Below are positions 40,330 through 53,775 of a DNA stretch of 64,000 bases, piece after piece. The notes below the pieces were generated by a model. It was not told the DNA's origin. It searched no databases and saw only the letters and a program-made list of their open reading frames with translations. The stretch is from assembly GCF_004010195.1 (NCBI RefSeq), contig NC_057719.1:54395035-54459034 (forward strand), given 5' to 3'. The position numbers and the translations under genes were made by a program. Positions within the stretch are counted from its first letter, which is position 1, and every line of letters begins with the position of its first letter. The stretch is from Chiloscyllium plagiosum (Eukaryota).

Positions 40330-40762
40330 GCTTTTTTATTATTTAGCAGGATTTTAATGTTGCTGTTTTGGGCAACATTTGTTTCCCATTTTTAATTCCT
40401 TTTGAGAAGTTGCCGGCAAACTGCCTTCTTGAAGTACTGCTATTCATGGTGCTGGTTTGCCATAGTTGCTTGGGTTGGGGAGATATTTCCAGTGTTTTGG
40501 TCCAGCAACAGTTAAAAACTGGTGATACAGTTCAAAGTCAGGATAGTATGTGGTTTACAGGGGAATGTGGAGGTATTGTCTGAATGCTGTCCTTCTCCTT
40601 CCAGGTGGTAGAATCATATGTTCAGAAGACAGCCTTGCTGAGGTGCTCCAATGCATTTTGTAGATGGTACACACTGCTGATATGTGATGCAAGCAGTGAA
40701 CATTTAAGGTGATGGGAGTGTTGCTCAATGTGCTTTTGTTCTGTATAATATTAAGCATCTTG
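40330..40762 (-). mobile_element. LINE (CR1/L2-group) 3' end
   Basis: Minus ORF LNIIQNKST...LHHISAVCTIYKMHWS is a LINE RT C-terminal pattern. Confidence 0.6.
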
Positions 40763-40965
40763 AGTTAGCTCATTTGGCTAGATGGCTGACTTGTGATGTG
40801 AAGTGATGTAAACATGCGTTCAATTCTCACACTGGCTAAGGTTACTATGAAGGACTTTCCTTCTCAACTTCTCCCCTTGCCTAAAGCATGGTTAAACCAG
40901 CACCAGTGTCTCTCTCTAATTAAAGGTTTGGTCTGGTAAGACTATGGATCTGGTGACTTTATCTT
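40763..40965 (+). mobile_element. tRNA-headed SINE-like repeat
   Basis: A-box-like tagctcatttgg and B-box-like gttcaattct; ends gactatgg...gtgactttatcttt. Confidence 0.5.
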
Positions 40966-43664
40966 TCTGGTTTATGTTACCATTGTTTTATTTGACTAAA
41001 CAACAAGGAAAATTATAAGGAGTGTTTTCAAGAGGTCAGGTGCCATAAAATGTAAGTCGGGTCAGAAAATAACAAATCCAGATAACATTTCTTGATTTAA
41101 TATAGGTTCCTTTAATAACCAACTTACAGATCTTTGGGGATTCTAAATCACTGCAAATTTTGACTGCTCAATTACAAAAAGTAGTAACCAACTGTGAAAT
41201 AATGCTGTTTGGTAACTATACAGTTCCATACTGAATCCAAAGTTTTAAATCAGATAAACCTGAAAGCCTTGCTTATGACAAAGACATCAAAAGAATGGTA
41301 CTGCGACAAAGCTAGTATTTTGGTTGAAGTGTTAACTTTAGCAAATCTTCAATAAAGGAAACAAGCTTTATCTATATTATACAGGACAAATACATTTAAG
41401 CTGCATCTTAGTATCACAGGCTATTCTGTTTCACAATAAACTCAAGACATATACTAAACATCTTTGTTTAAAAGATGAAGTTCTAAAATCCTTATGGGTG
41501 TACAGCAAAGAATCTATCACTTTAAGGGCAACACTAAATAAAGCTGTTTTATTTGACATCCATACTTGACTCACTGCTATTTTCTTTGATGTATTTCTAT
41601 TCTTTGATCTATTTTCTTTTGAACACTGGGTAAATATTGTTTTCACTGTCTTTGGGGTAATCTATTTGGTTCCAAATACAATCCACTCCATGTAATTTTC
41701 ATTTCCAGAGAAGACAGACAATAATCTACCCCTGTGTGTTTAACATACAATGCAACTGTAGATTAGATCACAATCCATTGGTACAGTCTGCTGGAATTTA
41801 AACTGCACTACTCCTGGGGTCAGCACAAATGCGACACCAGTCCAATTATGAGTTATCCTTCAATTTTCTTTCAATTCCTTTTGGCTTTTTGATGAGGTCA
41901 AAGCATGTGTCCACACCGATTCTCAACCTTTCATCCACTGGTTGGATGAATCATTCTTTTAGTATCTCTGAAGATGGTTTTCTGTTGCTTTGTCCAAACT
42001 CAAAAGTTGCAGTCACACACCCAGGAACCAATCAACAAGCTGACAGTTTGCTGAGTGCTCCTAAACACACAACTTGTCATGGTTTGAAAAATCCTGTGGG
42101 CATACCCACAGAGCTGCAATACATAATATCCTCCTCCACTGGTTGAATGGGGCAACATTATAGATACAACACACAGAGTTCCAGTAACAACAACATATTT
42201 TAAAAAAACGCATCATCTTCAAAAGTCACTTCATTTAAAACACTTCCCATTTTCAAAGTCCAAGATCTAAAAACTAAAACTGGCCAATGTGATTGCTTTT
42301 AAAATAATCTTCAAAATTCTAGAATTCCTGTAGCCCAATTCTTTATCCCTCATTCCTCCCAATCACAGACTATCGTAAAAAGCACACATGCAGGTCACGT
42401 GCCAATAATGAAAAAAAGGTTACTCGACAAGTAGATAACAGAGAAACAAAATTATTTAGTTTTCATTTATATATGGAAAAGAAAGGACAGCACAATCACA
42501 GCTTTTCAAGAGAACTTTGCAATTCTAGTATACAGCTATATGGTCCAGTGACTTATGGAAGTGATTCTGAATAATTCTAAACCTTTCCTCATGAAATAAT
42601 CTGCACTGACACTAATTTCATAATCCGTTTGCCTCAAAGCTCACAAAAACGATATTGAATGAGAGGCTGTTCAACCGATCACAATTTTAACAACTTCCTA
42701 TCAAGCTGACAATAGTCTTTAGAGCAAACCAGCCAATTTGTGACAATTTCAATTTCATAGCCTGGAAATTGAGCAATTTCCTTGCCATTTAGTATGAAGG
42801 CTGTGTGGTAGCCCACAACATTTCCAGGGCACGTTCAACAGAAACCTTGGAAAGGTATATGATTCGGGTGAGCTGCTAAATTGGTAATGTAGCCTCCTAT
42901 CTGTCATGAGAAAACACAGGCCACCATCCTGCAGTCAATGATCCAGTTTAAACTGTCCCTCTTCATCTTCAAAAATTTGGTATATGTCCTCAAACATGCT
43001 CTGTCTTCCCTTTACACAGTTGTTAAGTTGCCATCCGAAATACAGGCAATGACTGAATAATTGCAGACAGGTCAAGATATAATTGGATAGTACTCTGACA
43101 AATGGGCCTCAATCATTACTGCTGAGAAGATGAAGTTAATAACTGTCTGGAAAGCTTAACAGTGATATTACCCATGCACACCTCATCCTTAATAATACAG
43201 GTTCAGTTTCAAATCGTTATTGTGATACTCACAGGTAGAGAGTTAGTAACTGGCTGGAAAAGTAAATGAAAATTACCGATATCTTTAACTAATCAATTCT
43301 ATTTCAGTCCATTGATTATGTACTGCAACTTTCTAAACACTGTAACCCTGTGTTTAATAGGCTATAGGGTAATAAATGTGTTTTTCATGTACTATGCAAG
43401 TCCAAACAATTCAAATTATTGCACTAAGGGTCTATTTAATTCACTGCAATACCATAGAGAGAAGCTAGGAGAACCATTTGTCACAACACTGCAAATAAAG
43501 AGCTGCCTGTGCTTAAAGTACATTTCTATGCGCTTTCTTAAGGTATTTCAATGCCTTTACAAACAGCAAAACCAGTTTCTTGCCTTTCACATGACAGAAA
43601 GAGGCAGCCACTGTGTGACCAGCTAAGGTCATGCACAGTCACTCTGTTCTGTCATCTCACTTCA

Positions 43665-44025
43665 CAGAATCCCAATAGAGTGGAAGCAGATCATTCAGTC
43701 CATCTGCAGTCCTCACTTTCTCCATTCAGTCCATCTAGCCTGCACCAACACAATGAAAAGCATCCTACCCACACCCATCCCCCGACCCTATCCCTGTAAC
43801 CCTGGATTTCCCATGGATGGCCCACCTATCCTGCACATCCCTGGATACTATGGGCAATTTAGCATGGTGAATCCACCTAACCTGTACATCTTTGCACTGT
43901 GGGAGGAAACTGGAGCACCTGAAGAAAACCAATGTAGACATGGGGAAACAGTTGCACAGGAGTGGAATTGAACCCAGATCCTGGGTGATGTTAGGGAGCA
44001 ATGCTAACCACTGAGCCACAATGCA
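43665..44025 (-). mobile_element. HE1-type SINE
   Basis: Reverse complement of the 60984 family (tgctaaccactgagccac; aaactggagcacctgaagaaaacc). Confidence 0.88.
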
Positions 44026-44239
44026 TCACTGAGCACGTAGAGCAATGTATATCTGAAATTGGGAGAAAGGGGTTATTCCATGTGTTGATGCTGGGGGAAT
44101 AATTAGCTATTTCTAAATGAGACTATTGGCCCATTTTGTTTGGTTATGTATTGCAACAAACGTTCAATATACTTTAAAGGAACATGCTTGAGAAATCATC
44201 ACTTTATCCTGGCATATAATCTAATAGTATAACACACTC

Positions 44240-44510
44240 AATCTTTCTCTTACACTTAATCTGAACTATCAACTTCTTTTCTCCACCATCACCCAACACC
44301 CATTTCCCCCACCAGACCCACCCACCAAAACTATAATATAATTGTTCGGCCCTGCACACTTCACTTCAGCTCTGATGAAGAGTCATCTCATCTCAAAATG
44401 TTCATATGCTTTCTCTCTCTCTCCATGGATGCTATCTGACCCATTATGATTTCTAGTATGTGTTGTTTCAGTACAGATTCTAGCATCTGCAGTAATTTGC
44501 TCCTTCATCT
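44240..44510 (+). mobile_element. PLE 3' UTR/pLTR fragment with decayed hammerhead
   Basis: Pyrimidine-rich tract, then agct-CTGATGA-agagtcatctcatctc-aaaatgtt and the tail agcatctgcagtaatttgctcct. Confidence 0.65.
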
Positions 44511-44616
44511 TAGTGAGCTCTGCTCTATTGTAGAATGACATACTGAGGGAAACTCGCTATACAACATCCAAATTCCTAAAGTAAAGGAATATCTGTGATC
44601 ATCATGTACGTATGTA

Positions 44617-44711
44617 TTTAGATTAGATTAGATTACATTACAGTGTGGAAACAGGCCCTTCAGCCCAACAAGTCCACACCGACCCGCCGAAGCGCAACCC
44701 ACCCAGACCCT
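44617..44711 (-). mobile_element. HE1-type SINE 3' fragment with (TTAGA)n tail
   Basis: Near-exact reverse complement of 61215-61310. Confidence 0.9.
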
Positions 44712-45230
44712 ACTAGACGATAGATAAAGGATAATTAAGTTCTTCATTACTATGTGACCTAGTCTCATGTGTTTTATTGAAGCTAGTATTAGTCTTGTCA
44801 TCAGATTGTTGCAGATTATCAACTATCACACCTTACCACCTCATTTCTCACATCTCAGGGACCCAATCTTCAAAAGACGTCAATAGTTTCAATGCTGCTG
44901 ATGGACATTCACAACACATTTCCACAGCACAGCAGAATGTTTATCATGATCTGCAGAATGCTATCAAGCTTTCACAGCCCGAGAAATATCTGCAGTTTCA
45001 AGATCCTAGGAACAGCTTCTCAAGATATTGCTATATCCGAGAGGAGCAATGAACAGCAAAAGATGCTTTGCAAGGCATCAAATAAAGGAACTTCCAAGAT
45101 AAAATAAGGATTATCATATCCATGATAAGATTGGTCAATGATGTTTCAGGAATTACAAGTGATAAACCTAGATGCTTACACAGTCTGAAGAATGTCAATA
45201 AATCTTTATTGAATGACTTCATATATAAGC

Positions 45231-45321
45231 TGAAAATATGTTGCTGGAAAAGCACAGCAGGTCAGGCAGCATCCAAGGAGCAGGAGAATTGACGTTTCAG
45301 GTATGAGCCCTTCTTCAGGAA
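45231..45321 (-). mobile_element. 91-nt solo PLE pLTR consisting mostly of a hammerhead
   Basis: Minus strand: attc-CTGAAGA-a-gggc-tcat-acct-GAAA-CGTC. Perfect 21-bp direct repeat tgaatgacttcatatataagc at 45210-45230 and 45322-45342. Confidence 0.9.
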
Positions 45322-45396
45322 TGAATGACTTCATATATAAGCAAAGTTCAGATATTGTTTTATCCCCTCACCACCAATAAGCCAGAACCTGATCCT

Positions 45397-45584
45397 CCAC
45401 AAAAACAGAAGCTGTTGAAAAAGCTCAGTAGGTCTGGCAGAATCTATGAAGAGAAATCAGAGTTAATGTTTCAGGTCCAGTGACCCTTCCTCAGAACACA
45501 TGTTCTGAAGACCTGCTGAGCTTTTCCAGTAACTTCTGTTTTTGTTTCTGCTTTGCAGCATCCACAGTTCTTTCCATTTTTATT
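45397..45584. mobile_element. Fold-back PLE-type mini-element (fourth family)
   Basis: acaaaaacagaag..aaaagctcagtaggtct is inverted to agacctgctgagctttt..cttctgtttttgt. Minus-strand core CTGAGGA-a-gggtc-actg-gacct-GAAA-CATT. Flanks cagaacctgatcct / cagaggctgatcct. Related single arms at ~1890, ~11695, ~17100, ~38330 and ~50680. Confidence 0.8.
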
Positions 45585-46560
45585 CAGAGGCTGATCCTAT
45601 TGGCCAGCAAATACTCTGAGACAATGTCAGCTTTCTGTGGTGCTGGGGCACTACCACAGCCTTCCAGAACTCAGTCTCATTCATGAGTGAGTGATAGCTG
45701 AGTAACTGAAGTTAGTTGATTGGCCACACGAAGTAAAGCACGTAGTTAAGATTATCTGTAAGTAACAAAATTCCTGATCAATTTTGTGATTAAAATGAAA
45801 GTCAACTTAATTACATAGATTAGAAAGGTTGTCTTTAAAAACTTTTTAGTTTTTGTCAATTGAATAAAGGGTTGGGAAGGAAAATATTGCTTTCACTTTC
45901 ATGAAGAACTTGGCAGATATTTTGGAAATTGCGACACTTTATAATTCCATTCTAAACATTTATAAAGTGGCTTCTTTTTAACTCAGTCAACATATTTTGA
46001 TGGTAAATTCTGGGCTCTCATTTGTGTTTTTTTTGTCTAACAGGGAGCATGGCATTCTTAACTGTTTCCATTGAGCTCTTGGCTATCCAAGAAAGAAAGA
46101 GCAATGTTTGGTGATGTTTGACTCTGAGCATCTAAATGTTCATGTCTTCATCTTTCTCCCTTACAACAGTAAACTAAATAAGTTGCCACTGAGAAATTTG
46201 TTTAGAATGTAAAGCTGTGTGCTTAGCAGAGCTGAGCTGAGCAAAGGAAACAGCAAACATTCTGATTCAAATCCCATAAGCAAAAAAAAATTGCAGTGAA
46301 AGCAAAAATAAAATCCTTCAGTGATGACCTTCAAAATGGCCATATGATTGCAATCTGCCTCAGGGCAACCTTGATACCAAAAAAACCATCAAAGTTTGAA
46401 GAAGAAAGTCTTCTCAACTCTGATGTATTGTTGCGAGTAAAAGAACTGTATGACAGATAAAGTTGCTGTTTTGTTTCGGCCGGTCTTTCAAACTGCCCAT
46501 GGAGACACTAGCTTGGATTAGCCTTTTGAGGTAAGTGAACAATGCTTGTTTTTTTTACTG

Positions 46561-47646
46561 CATATTACAAAAGTATATTTCCATTTTCAAATTCAATGTA
46601 GTAAATGAGTTTTCTTGAATGAGCTTTTCCAAAATGCATTTAAAAAAAAAAAAATTCTCTTACTCAAAATGCAAAATTAGGCATTTTGGGCTATTAAGCA
46701 ACAACATACAGTGTTTAAGGTGCTTATTCAGTACAAGGCCTTCTGCAGGAGAAGGAAAGCAAAAGCATGTGAGAGCAGGAAAGCAAATGGATAACTCTTT
46801 ATTAAGCTCCACAGAGTTTAAACCAGAAAGTGCTAGTTAAAGTATTTAATTCATAATAAAGTTATATACAGAAAGCAAAGAGAGAGAGAGAGAGACAGAC
46901 AAGCAGATAGACAGAAGGAAAAGGAAAATATATACATTTCAAAAATCTTCAAGAAATTGAATGGAAGGAATGAGATGATATTCTTAGAAAATTACATTTG
47001 CAGTGCCAGTCAAGTTATTTGGAAGTAGTTCAAATCTACTGTGCCATTAGATGCACCAGCCTTCATTTACCCTGGAACTGAATGGACAAAAACTGCAACT
47101 GAATACCCTGACATGGATTTTAAACTCTGAGCAACTCTTATTTGCTGAGAGAAAAATCACTACTTCACATCTTTTGCAAGAGTAGGAATAATTAGGTAGC
47201 AACTTCTGGATTTTCATGTTTAATTGTTTTTGATTTACTTTGTGATAATAATGGTGCATTTAGCTTGGCCAAAATTCTTGTACCAAATTACAGGCCATTA
47301 TTTTAAGATTCTCCTCGTCTTTAGCTTCATCAGAAAATTGACATCTAGAAATCCTGCCACACTTGGAAGAATTCCCATACATAAATGCGGTGATAAATCT
47401 GTGATTGACAGACAGAGCAAGTTGGAGACTGGAATGAGAAGCCCATGAACCTTCTTTCCTATTAGTGCAAGAATACCAAGTGAAAATCTGTTCTATTCTG
47501 ACATAATTATACTCATTGGAAGACATATTACAAAAGTATATTTTCATTTTCAAATTCAATGTAATAAATTCTTGTCGGATTTGAATGAGCTTTTTTAATA
47601 TTCAATATTTTTTTAAAAAATTCTCCTACTCAACGGGCAAAATAAG
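46561..47646 (+). repeat. Diverged ~120-bp direct repeat pair (46561-46680 and 47524-47646)
   Basis: Both start catattacaaaagtatattt(c/t)cattttcaaattcaatgta and share ttgaatgagctttt and aaaattctc(t/c)tactcaa...gcaaaat. Confidence 0.85.
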
Positions 47647-48189
47647 AAAAAGTAACCTCAAGCAGTAAGAACTATTAACAATTTAAATTCTCACAATTAC
47701 AGGAGAAATTAGGTTATATAGTTATTGATTATTTCTTTGTAGGTTGTGTTTGATCAGACTTTCTTTTCAACATACAGTTAAAATCTATTTCTTTACTTTA
47801 TCTTCAATCACTTCAATTGAAATATATATCCTCTTTGTATAGAATTGCAAGCTTAAACATGAATCTATACAAGGGATTGGATTTTTATGTTCACATGCCC
47901 ATTGCCTCCTCCCAAATCCCTTTGGTGGGTTTGTCTATGTATCTATGTGGGAGAAACATGCAAAATCCTGTCAGTGGTGTTCATCAGCCACCTGTCTGCA
48001 CCTGACCTGTCTAGAATTGTAGGATGGGCGATAGAAGTGTCAAACGGCCTGCTCCCTTGGATCTAATAAGGCCCTTAGTGACCAACAAATGACCGCTGAA
48101 GGATCTCATTGCACCACTGCCACCACTTTTCTTTTAACTACAAGCCTGCCTCCAAAAAGAACTTACTAAAATCCTTGTTCAGAAGTTAA

Positions 48190-50180
48190 AGTCTACGGTT
48201 TGATTTTTTTTCTTCTTAGGAAACTTCATATCACAATGGTGCTTTTCAGTCCTTTGAGAACAATCTGCTGTGGCTGAATTGAGTCTTGTCACTTCAACCC
48301 ATCATGAATATTCAGTTAAGAATAAATATATCTTCTTGCTAAAATCAACTGCTAGCCATTTTCATGACCATTCTGGAAACTATGATGAAATCATTGGCTC
48401 TGTCAGTACTTGCCAACGTATGCACATATTGGGCCCAATAAGTTGGAATTTTATAATTCTTCCAAAGTGTTAACCACCTCACTTATAAGCATTCTCTAGC
48501 TCTATATTTCATGCTATCTAGTTGGATTTCTGTAGGATTTCTGTTTGTATCAACTTTGTTCTAACCATTCTGTCATTGTGCACCAATAAATCTTCCACTA
48601 TTTTCAGGAGTTGTTATGCTTGTGGTACCTTTTCAGCACTTGGTCTGCTGGACTATATTTTGACAATATTTAAAGACAGAATGATTTTTGTACAAGCCTT
48701 ACCTGGGTTTTCTCTCAGTCACTTATTGCCAAAGAATGGGACTCCACTTGTTCTGTAATTTAAGATATTTGTTTTTCTACTCAATCCACTATAGCTTGTG
48801 AAAGTGTATTTGTTACTATTTGCACCTTGCCTGGAACATAAACTATATCAGGGTCATAGATCTTCAGCATAGGTCTGAATCTTTATAGGTAGAGGCTTTT
48901 TGAAATTTCTTTTCATCTGAATGATGTTATCAATGTCCATCTTTACTAGGAATTTCAGCGCCATCAGTTAGACTGTGAAATTTTCACAATCACATCTAGC
49001 TGCTAATGCTTCCTTCCATGGGTACATACATCTTTTTAGTCTCCAAAGCTTTCAACTGCAAAGAGATTGATTTTTGTGTTTTATCAGTTTAACTTGAATA
49101 AGGTCCGCTTCTAATCTTGTGGCTGATGTAACAATAGCTGTTGCCGTGAATGATCTGGAATGCAATGTGCTTCTCTATAATTCTTCAACATTTACAATCT
49201 ATTACTGACTCCAATACCATTCTTCACGTTTCCTCAAAATTCTTAGGAATCAAGTAAGACTGGCTAGAAATTGGGGATAAACATTCCCACTTGATTTAAC
49301 AAGCCTAAGGAGCATTGTACATCGTTTACTCACTTCAGTGACAAAACGTCACTGGTGGCACAACTTCCTAAGATCCACAATGATACTTTGCTCTTAGATA
49401 ATGTGTTACTGAAAAGTTATTGTCAATCTAAAAAAAAAGTGACATTTTTCATTTAATGAGAAGCCTGGAATCTATAGTGCCCTTAACGCATCTCTGGATC
49501 AATGGTTGTGTCCTTTCTTTGTTTTACCATGCACAAGGATTTCATGCATATGGCAAATGTTGCCCTATTGCCCTTTTAAGATTCTAGCTATTGTTTCTTT
49601 GGAACATTGCAGGTACAAGTCAGATCCCAAATGGAAGATAATAAATAAATTCAGCAATCTTGGCTCCTGATCTAAGGGTATTTGCTGGAACTCACTGTTT
49701 GTATCCAGTTATGTGAAGAACTTGCTTTCACTAATTTTGTCAAACTATTGCCAAGTCAAAAAAGGATGCATTTCTGTCCTTACTCTTTTGTTTAACTGCA
49801 TGATATCCACACACAATCTTAGTTTTCCATTTTTCTTGTGAAATGTTACTTACACTGAGCATCATTGTGTCAGTTTATCACCAGTGATATGTCTCCACTT
49901 TCAATCATACTGTCTATCTAAAATGGATCATTAACCATCAGAGAATGATGAGTTTTCCCAAGAGTGTATGAGCAGTTGAGCTTAGCATCTTTTGTGGAGT
50001 AACAATACTCCAGCTTCAATTTATCAAAATAATAGCTCTCCATATTCTTGCTGAAATTCTCTATCTTCATTCTAAAGGACTATATCTACTTCCTTTAAGA
50101 GACCAAGATGAATAGGTCAGTTTCTGTCCAACAATGAAGTATTCTGATTCCTCAGTATCTATAATGTTTAAATAGCATTG
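48190..50180 (-). mobile_element. Decayed Ty3/Gypsy pol (RT, RNase H, integrase)
   Basis: Minus strand: KFFT*LDTNSEFQQIPLDQEPRLL...LPFGI...ICHMHEILVHG...FSLNEKC (RT, ~49430-49730) and EPMISS*FPEWS*KWLAVDF...WVEVTRL (integrase, ~48280-48400). Confidence 0.85.
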
Positions 50181-50189
50181 CCTCCGTTA

Positions 50190-50400
50190 TGGCTCAGCTT
50201 CATGCAGATGTATCGCACCAACTCTCAGCCTTGCAGATGGATCGCAGTGTCCCCAACTTCCACTCATGCATTGAAACACAAAGCTCAAGCTTTTGCAGTC
50301 GGCAGCCATTCCATTTCTGTGTGTGATCTTCTTGGATGGTGACAGGATCCATGACTTCCCATGTGACAGGTAACAGATTCCACATGGCTGTCCTCACCAG
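50190..50400 (-). pseudogene. CR1 ORF1 N-terminal zinc-finger/leucine-zipper remnant
   Basis: WEVMDPVTIQEDH...CRLQKLELCVSMHEWKLGTLRSICKAE follows the CR1 ORF1 pattern MWE...PDD..C.KC..LQ.L..RV..LE..L..LR.I.EAE. A similar remnant may lie at ~3180-3470. Confidence 0.65.
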
Positions 50401-51029
50401 TGTAACAAACTTGAACTTACTGAATCTTACTTGTTAACTTTTCTAATTACTTAATTTCAAAGATACTCCATTTAGCTTAACTTCAGTTTCCTCTTCTTAT
50501 TTGCTGATTTTTACTCATCCCTGGTGCTACACAGTTCATCCCTCAACAACCTCCCAGCTTGTGTGCCTTGGTCTGCTCCTGCTCTCACTGATACATGGAA
50601 GTAGTTAGAAAAAGCAAATGAACAAAGAAAAAAGTAGAGACTTCCCTCCCCCACTTAGCAAGTTGCCATAGTCCATTCAAGGAAGTGCCACAGGACTTGA
50701 AATGTTAACTCTGATCTCTCTCCATAGTTGCTGCCAGACCTGCTGAACTTTTCCAGCAATTTCTACTTTTGTTTCTGATTTCCAGCATCCACAGTTCTTT
50801 GGGGTTTTATACTCTGCTCAATGCTGGTTGTATTTATTCACATTGTTTTAAATTTGTGGCCAAGTGAACAAATATCAGAAAATAAATAGTCTAATCTACC
50901 AAATTTATGAATGAAGTCATACCTTATTGTGTACAAAAAAACAACTCATTCCCCTTTTATATGCCAGTAGTACATACATTTTGTGTTCCTTTGTCTGTCC
51001 TACTGACTGCTGTGCAGTACATCCCTAGC

Positions 51030-52150
51030 AACTGTTGCTCAGTGGAGGGTAGATGACCTTAGTACAGGACACTGCAGTTAGCCTTGTAGGATGATCTTGA
51101 ACAGCTTCTGGCTAAGGCTTTTAATTTCAAACTTCATTGTCTTGGACTGCCTGACAGGCAACAACAAGGGCAGTACTGGTGTTGGGAGAAAGAATGTTGT
51201 TGCCTTGGAAGAACACAAATCTTGTGCTCTGTGGATTCACTTTCATTCCCTTGAGCAGCACCTTATCAATCCCAGTGAGCTGGTGGAGTCCAGATTGCTG
51301 AACTTGCCCATCTGCTTGCAATATGCTTTGCGCACTGTAACCCATAGAGATGACAGCAACCCTCAGATCCTTCACTGCAGCATTCAGACATTAGGTGCTG
51401 CTGTATGCCGTTCATTAGCTGCAACATCAGCCATCAGGTATGGCAGAATTGGTGGTTCTACTGTTAGCTCTATGTTGGAAAGGATGGTTCCCAACATGCT
51501 AAATTGGTGCTAGATTCTTCCATACACATTGACATTGATCACAGACATTGTTAGGTTTACTAAAACACAAACACTTAAAAAACACGTACATCACCACTTT
51601 CAATTACTTATCTGAGTCCTCCGCAGCATCACACTTGCCATTTCTGGCTCCTACTGAGAGTGCAGCCAAGAGATTTGAGTGTGTCCACATTTATATATCC
51701 CGCACAAAGCTAACTTTTAAATCATGCAATGTCAGAATTATCTACGAGTAATAGTGTGTCTTCTTCTTCACTGTTTCTTGATGATCCTCTACTATGTGGC
51801 CATGTATGAATATGAGAAAGGATGAAGCCACAAGGATAAGTTTGTAATGCAGGGAGTAAACCATGGACATAAGAAGCACAGATCTATCTATCAATATCTG
51901 GAGATCAGAAGTGAATTTGGATCAGGGGCAACTGGGAATTCTGAAGGAGGAGTAGACATGAACTATACCATCACTTTTGGTGGTTTCAGACCTGACTATG
52001 GCTTTAGCAATGACTGTTGCAATAATGATCAAGTCTGCTTCATCCATCAGGGTTTGTAAATGTAGTCATGTCCTTCTCCAGATAATAACTGATGTCTTCA
52101 GATGCACACTGCCTTGGTCAGCAAAAGAGAGAGGAGTGCGGCAGTGAGAG
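51030..52150 (-). pseudogene. Probable Harbinger accessory-gene C-terminal remnant
   Basis: Ala/Gln-rich coiled-coil-like minus-strand pieces (YLMADVAANERHTAA / AAVKDLRVAVISMG...GLHQLTGIDKVLL) broken by frameshifts. The family call is weak. Confidence 0.35.
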
Positions 52151-52824
52151 TGGTGTGTAAGATGTTTGGGCATTGTACCTGTAATAGTGGAATAGCTGAT
52201 GGCATGCACAAACAGAGAATTGTGGGTATGAGACTTGCCACAGTCCTAAACATATTTGTGTGAGTTGAAACCTCTAAATGTCAGACATGAGTTCAGATTT
52301 ATAGAGTTTCTTGGAGGGTGTTAGATCTCATATTTTCAATGAGTCACGGGGTGGTTTTGGGTTGCTATTTAGCTGCTATTGTTCTATTTGTGAAAACTAT
52401 ATTAATCAAATATTAAATGTTATTATCTATGTCCTATGCACATTCAGCAACTGTCAGCCCTGTTCTGCTGCATTAGCCATGGACAACTGTTGGTTATTTT
52501 GTGTGTTGTTCAGTTATGGGCATCTCTAACAGACGGCGAGTGATCAGGGTGTGGTGAATTGATTCGCAAAAGCAAAAATACAGTAAAAAAACTGGTCAGT
52601 CACATGTAACTGCCTGACAAGTCTTGTAGACTTCAAAATGGAGACTGGTACAACCAGAATGTTTATTTCCAACTACTATTCATTTATAAAGATCATTTTA
52701 TTTCTTTTTAAGATATTTTTCCATCTGGGAGCAGCACCTGAAGTAAGCAATGTAGTTGATAGGAGTTAGCATTTGAAAATATATTCATTGATTGACCACT
52801 CATCATGTCTTTGATATTTTTGGT

Positions 52825-53775
52825 ATACAGTCGTACAGTCATACAGCATGGAAACAGACACTTCAGTCCAACCAGTGCATGCTGAACATAATCCCAAAAT
52901 AAACTAGTCCCACCTGCCTGCTCCTGGCCCATACCCCTTCAAATATTTCCCATTCATAGCCCTATCCAATGTCATTTAAATGTTGTAATTCTACCCGCAT
53001 TCACCATTTCTCAGGAATTTCATACCACAAGCAAACCACTGTGTAAAAATATTTGCCTCTCATGTCTTTTTTATATCTCTCTCCTCTCACCTTAAAAATG
53101 TGCCCCCTAGTTTTGAAATTCCCAAACCTAGAGAACAGGCAACTACCATTAACTCTATCTATATGTCTCTTGCTTCAAAAACTTCTGTCAGATCACGTCT
53201 CAACCTCCTGAGCGTCAGTGAAAAAAAGTCCCAGACTATCCAGCCTTTCTTTATAATTCAAACCTTCCATACCTGGCAACATCCTGGTAAGTTTCTTCTC
53301 AATCTGCTCCAGCTTAATAATATCCTTCCTATAACAGGGCGACCAGAACTGAACACAGTACTCCAGAAGAGGCCTCACCAATGCCCTGTTCAACCTCAAC
53401 ACAACTTCCCAACTCCTATACTCAAAGGAATGAGCAATGAAAGCAAGCATTCCAAATGCCAATTTAACCATCCTGTTTATATATGATGCAAACTTCAAAG
53501 AATTATGTCCATGCACCTCCCTAGGTCCCTCTGTTCTACAATGCTACCCGAGGCTCTAAATTAACTGTAGGACTAAAATGTAATACCACACATTTATCTA
53601 GATTGAACTCCATCTGTCCTGTTTGAGCTCATTGACCCATTTGATCAAGATTCGTTTATAATCTTACAAACCTTCTTCACTATCTACCATGCCACCGATG
53701 TTGGCGTCATCCGCAAATTTATAACCATGTCTCCTATATTCCTCTCCAAATAATAGAGTCATAGAATCATAGAGA
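52825..53775 (-). mobile_element. CR1 LINE 3' end
   Basis: Minus ORF FEYRSWEVVLRLNRALVRPLLEYCVQFWSPCYRKDIIKLEQIEKK. Confidence 0.92.

Noticed and set aside
41750..43100. Possible coding exons in unique sequence (for example the ORF at 41829-42146)
   Set aside because: The frames I read close quickly and show no identifiable domain or consistent splice pair.
51091..51513. 140-aa plus-strand ORF as a real protein
   Set aside because: No recognisable motif. It is probably the antisense shadow of a decayed minus-strand transposon gene.
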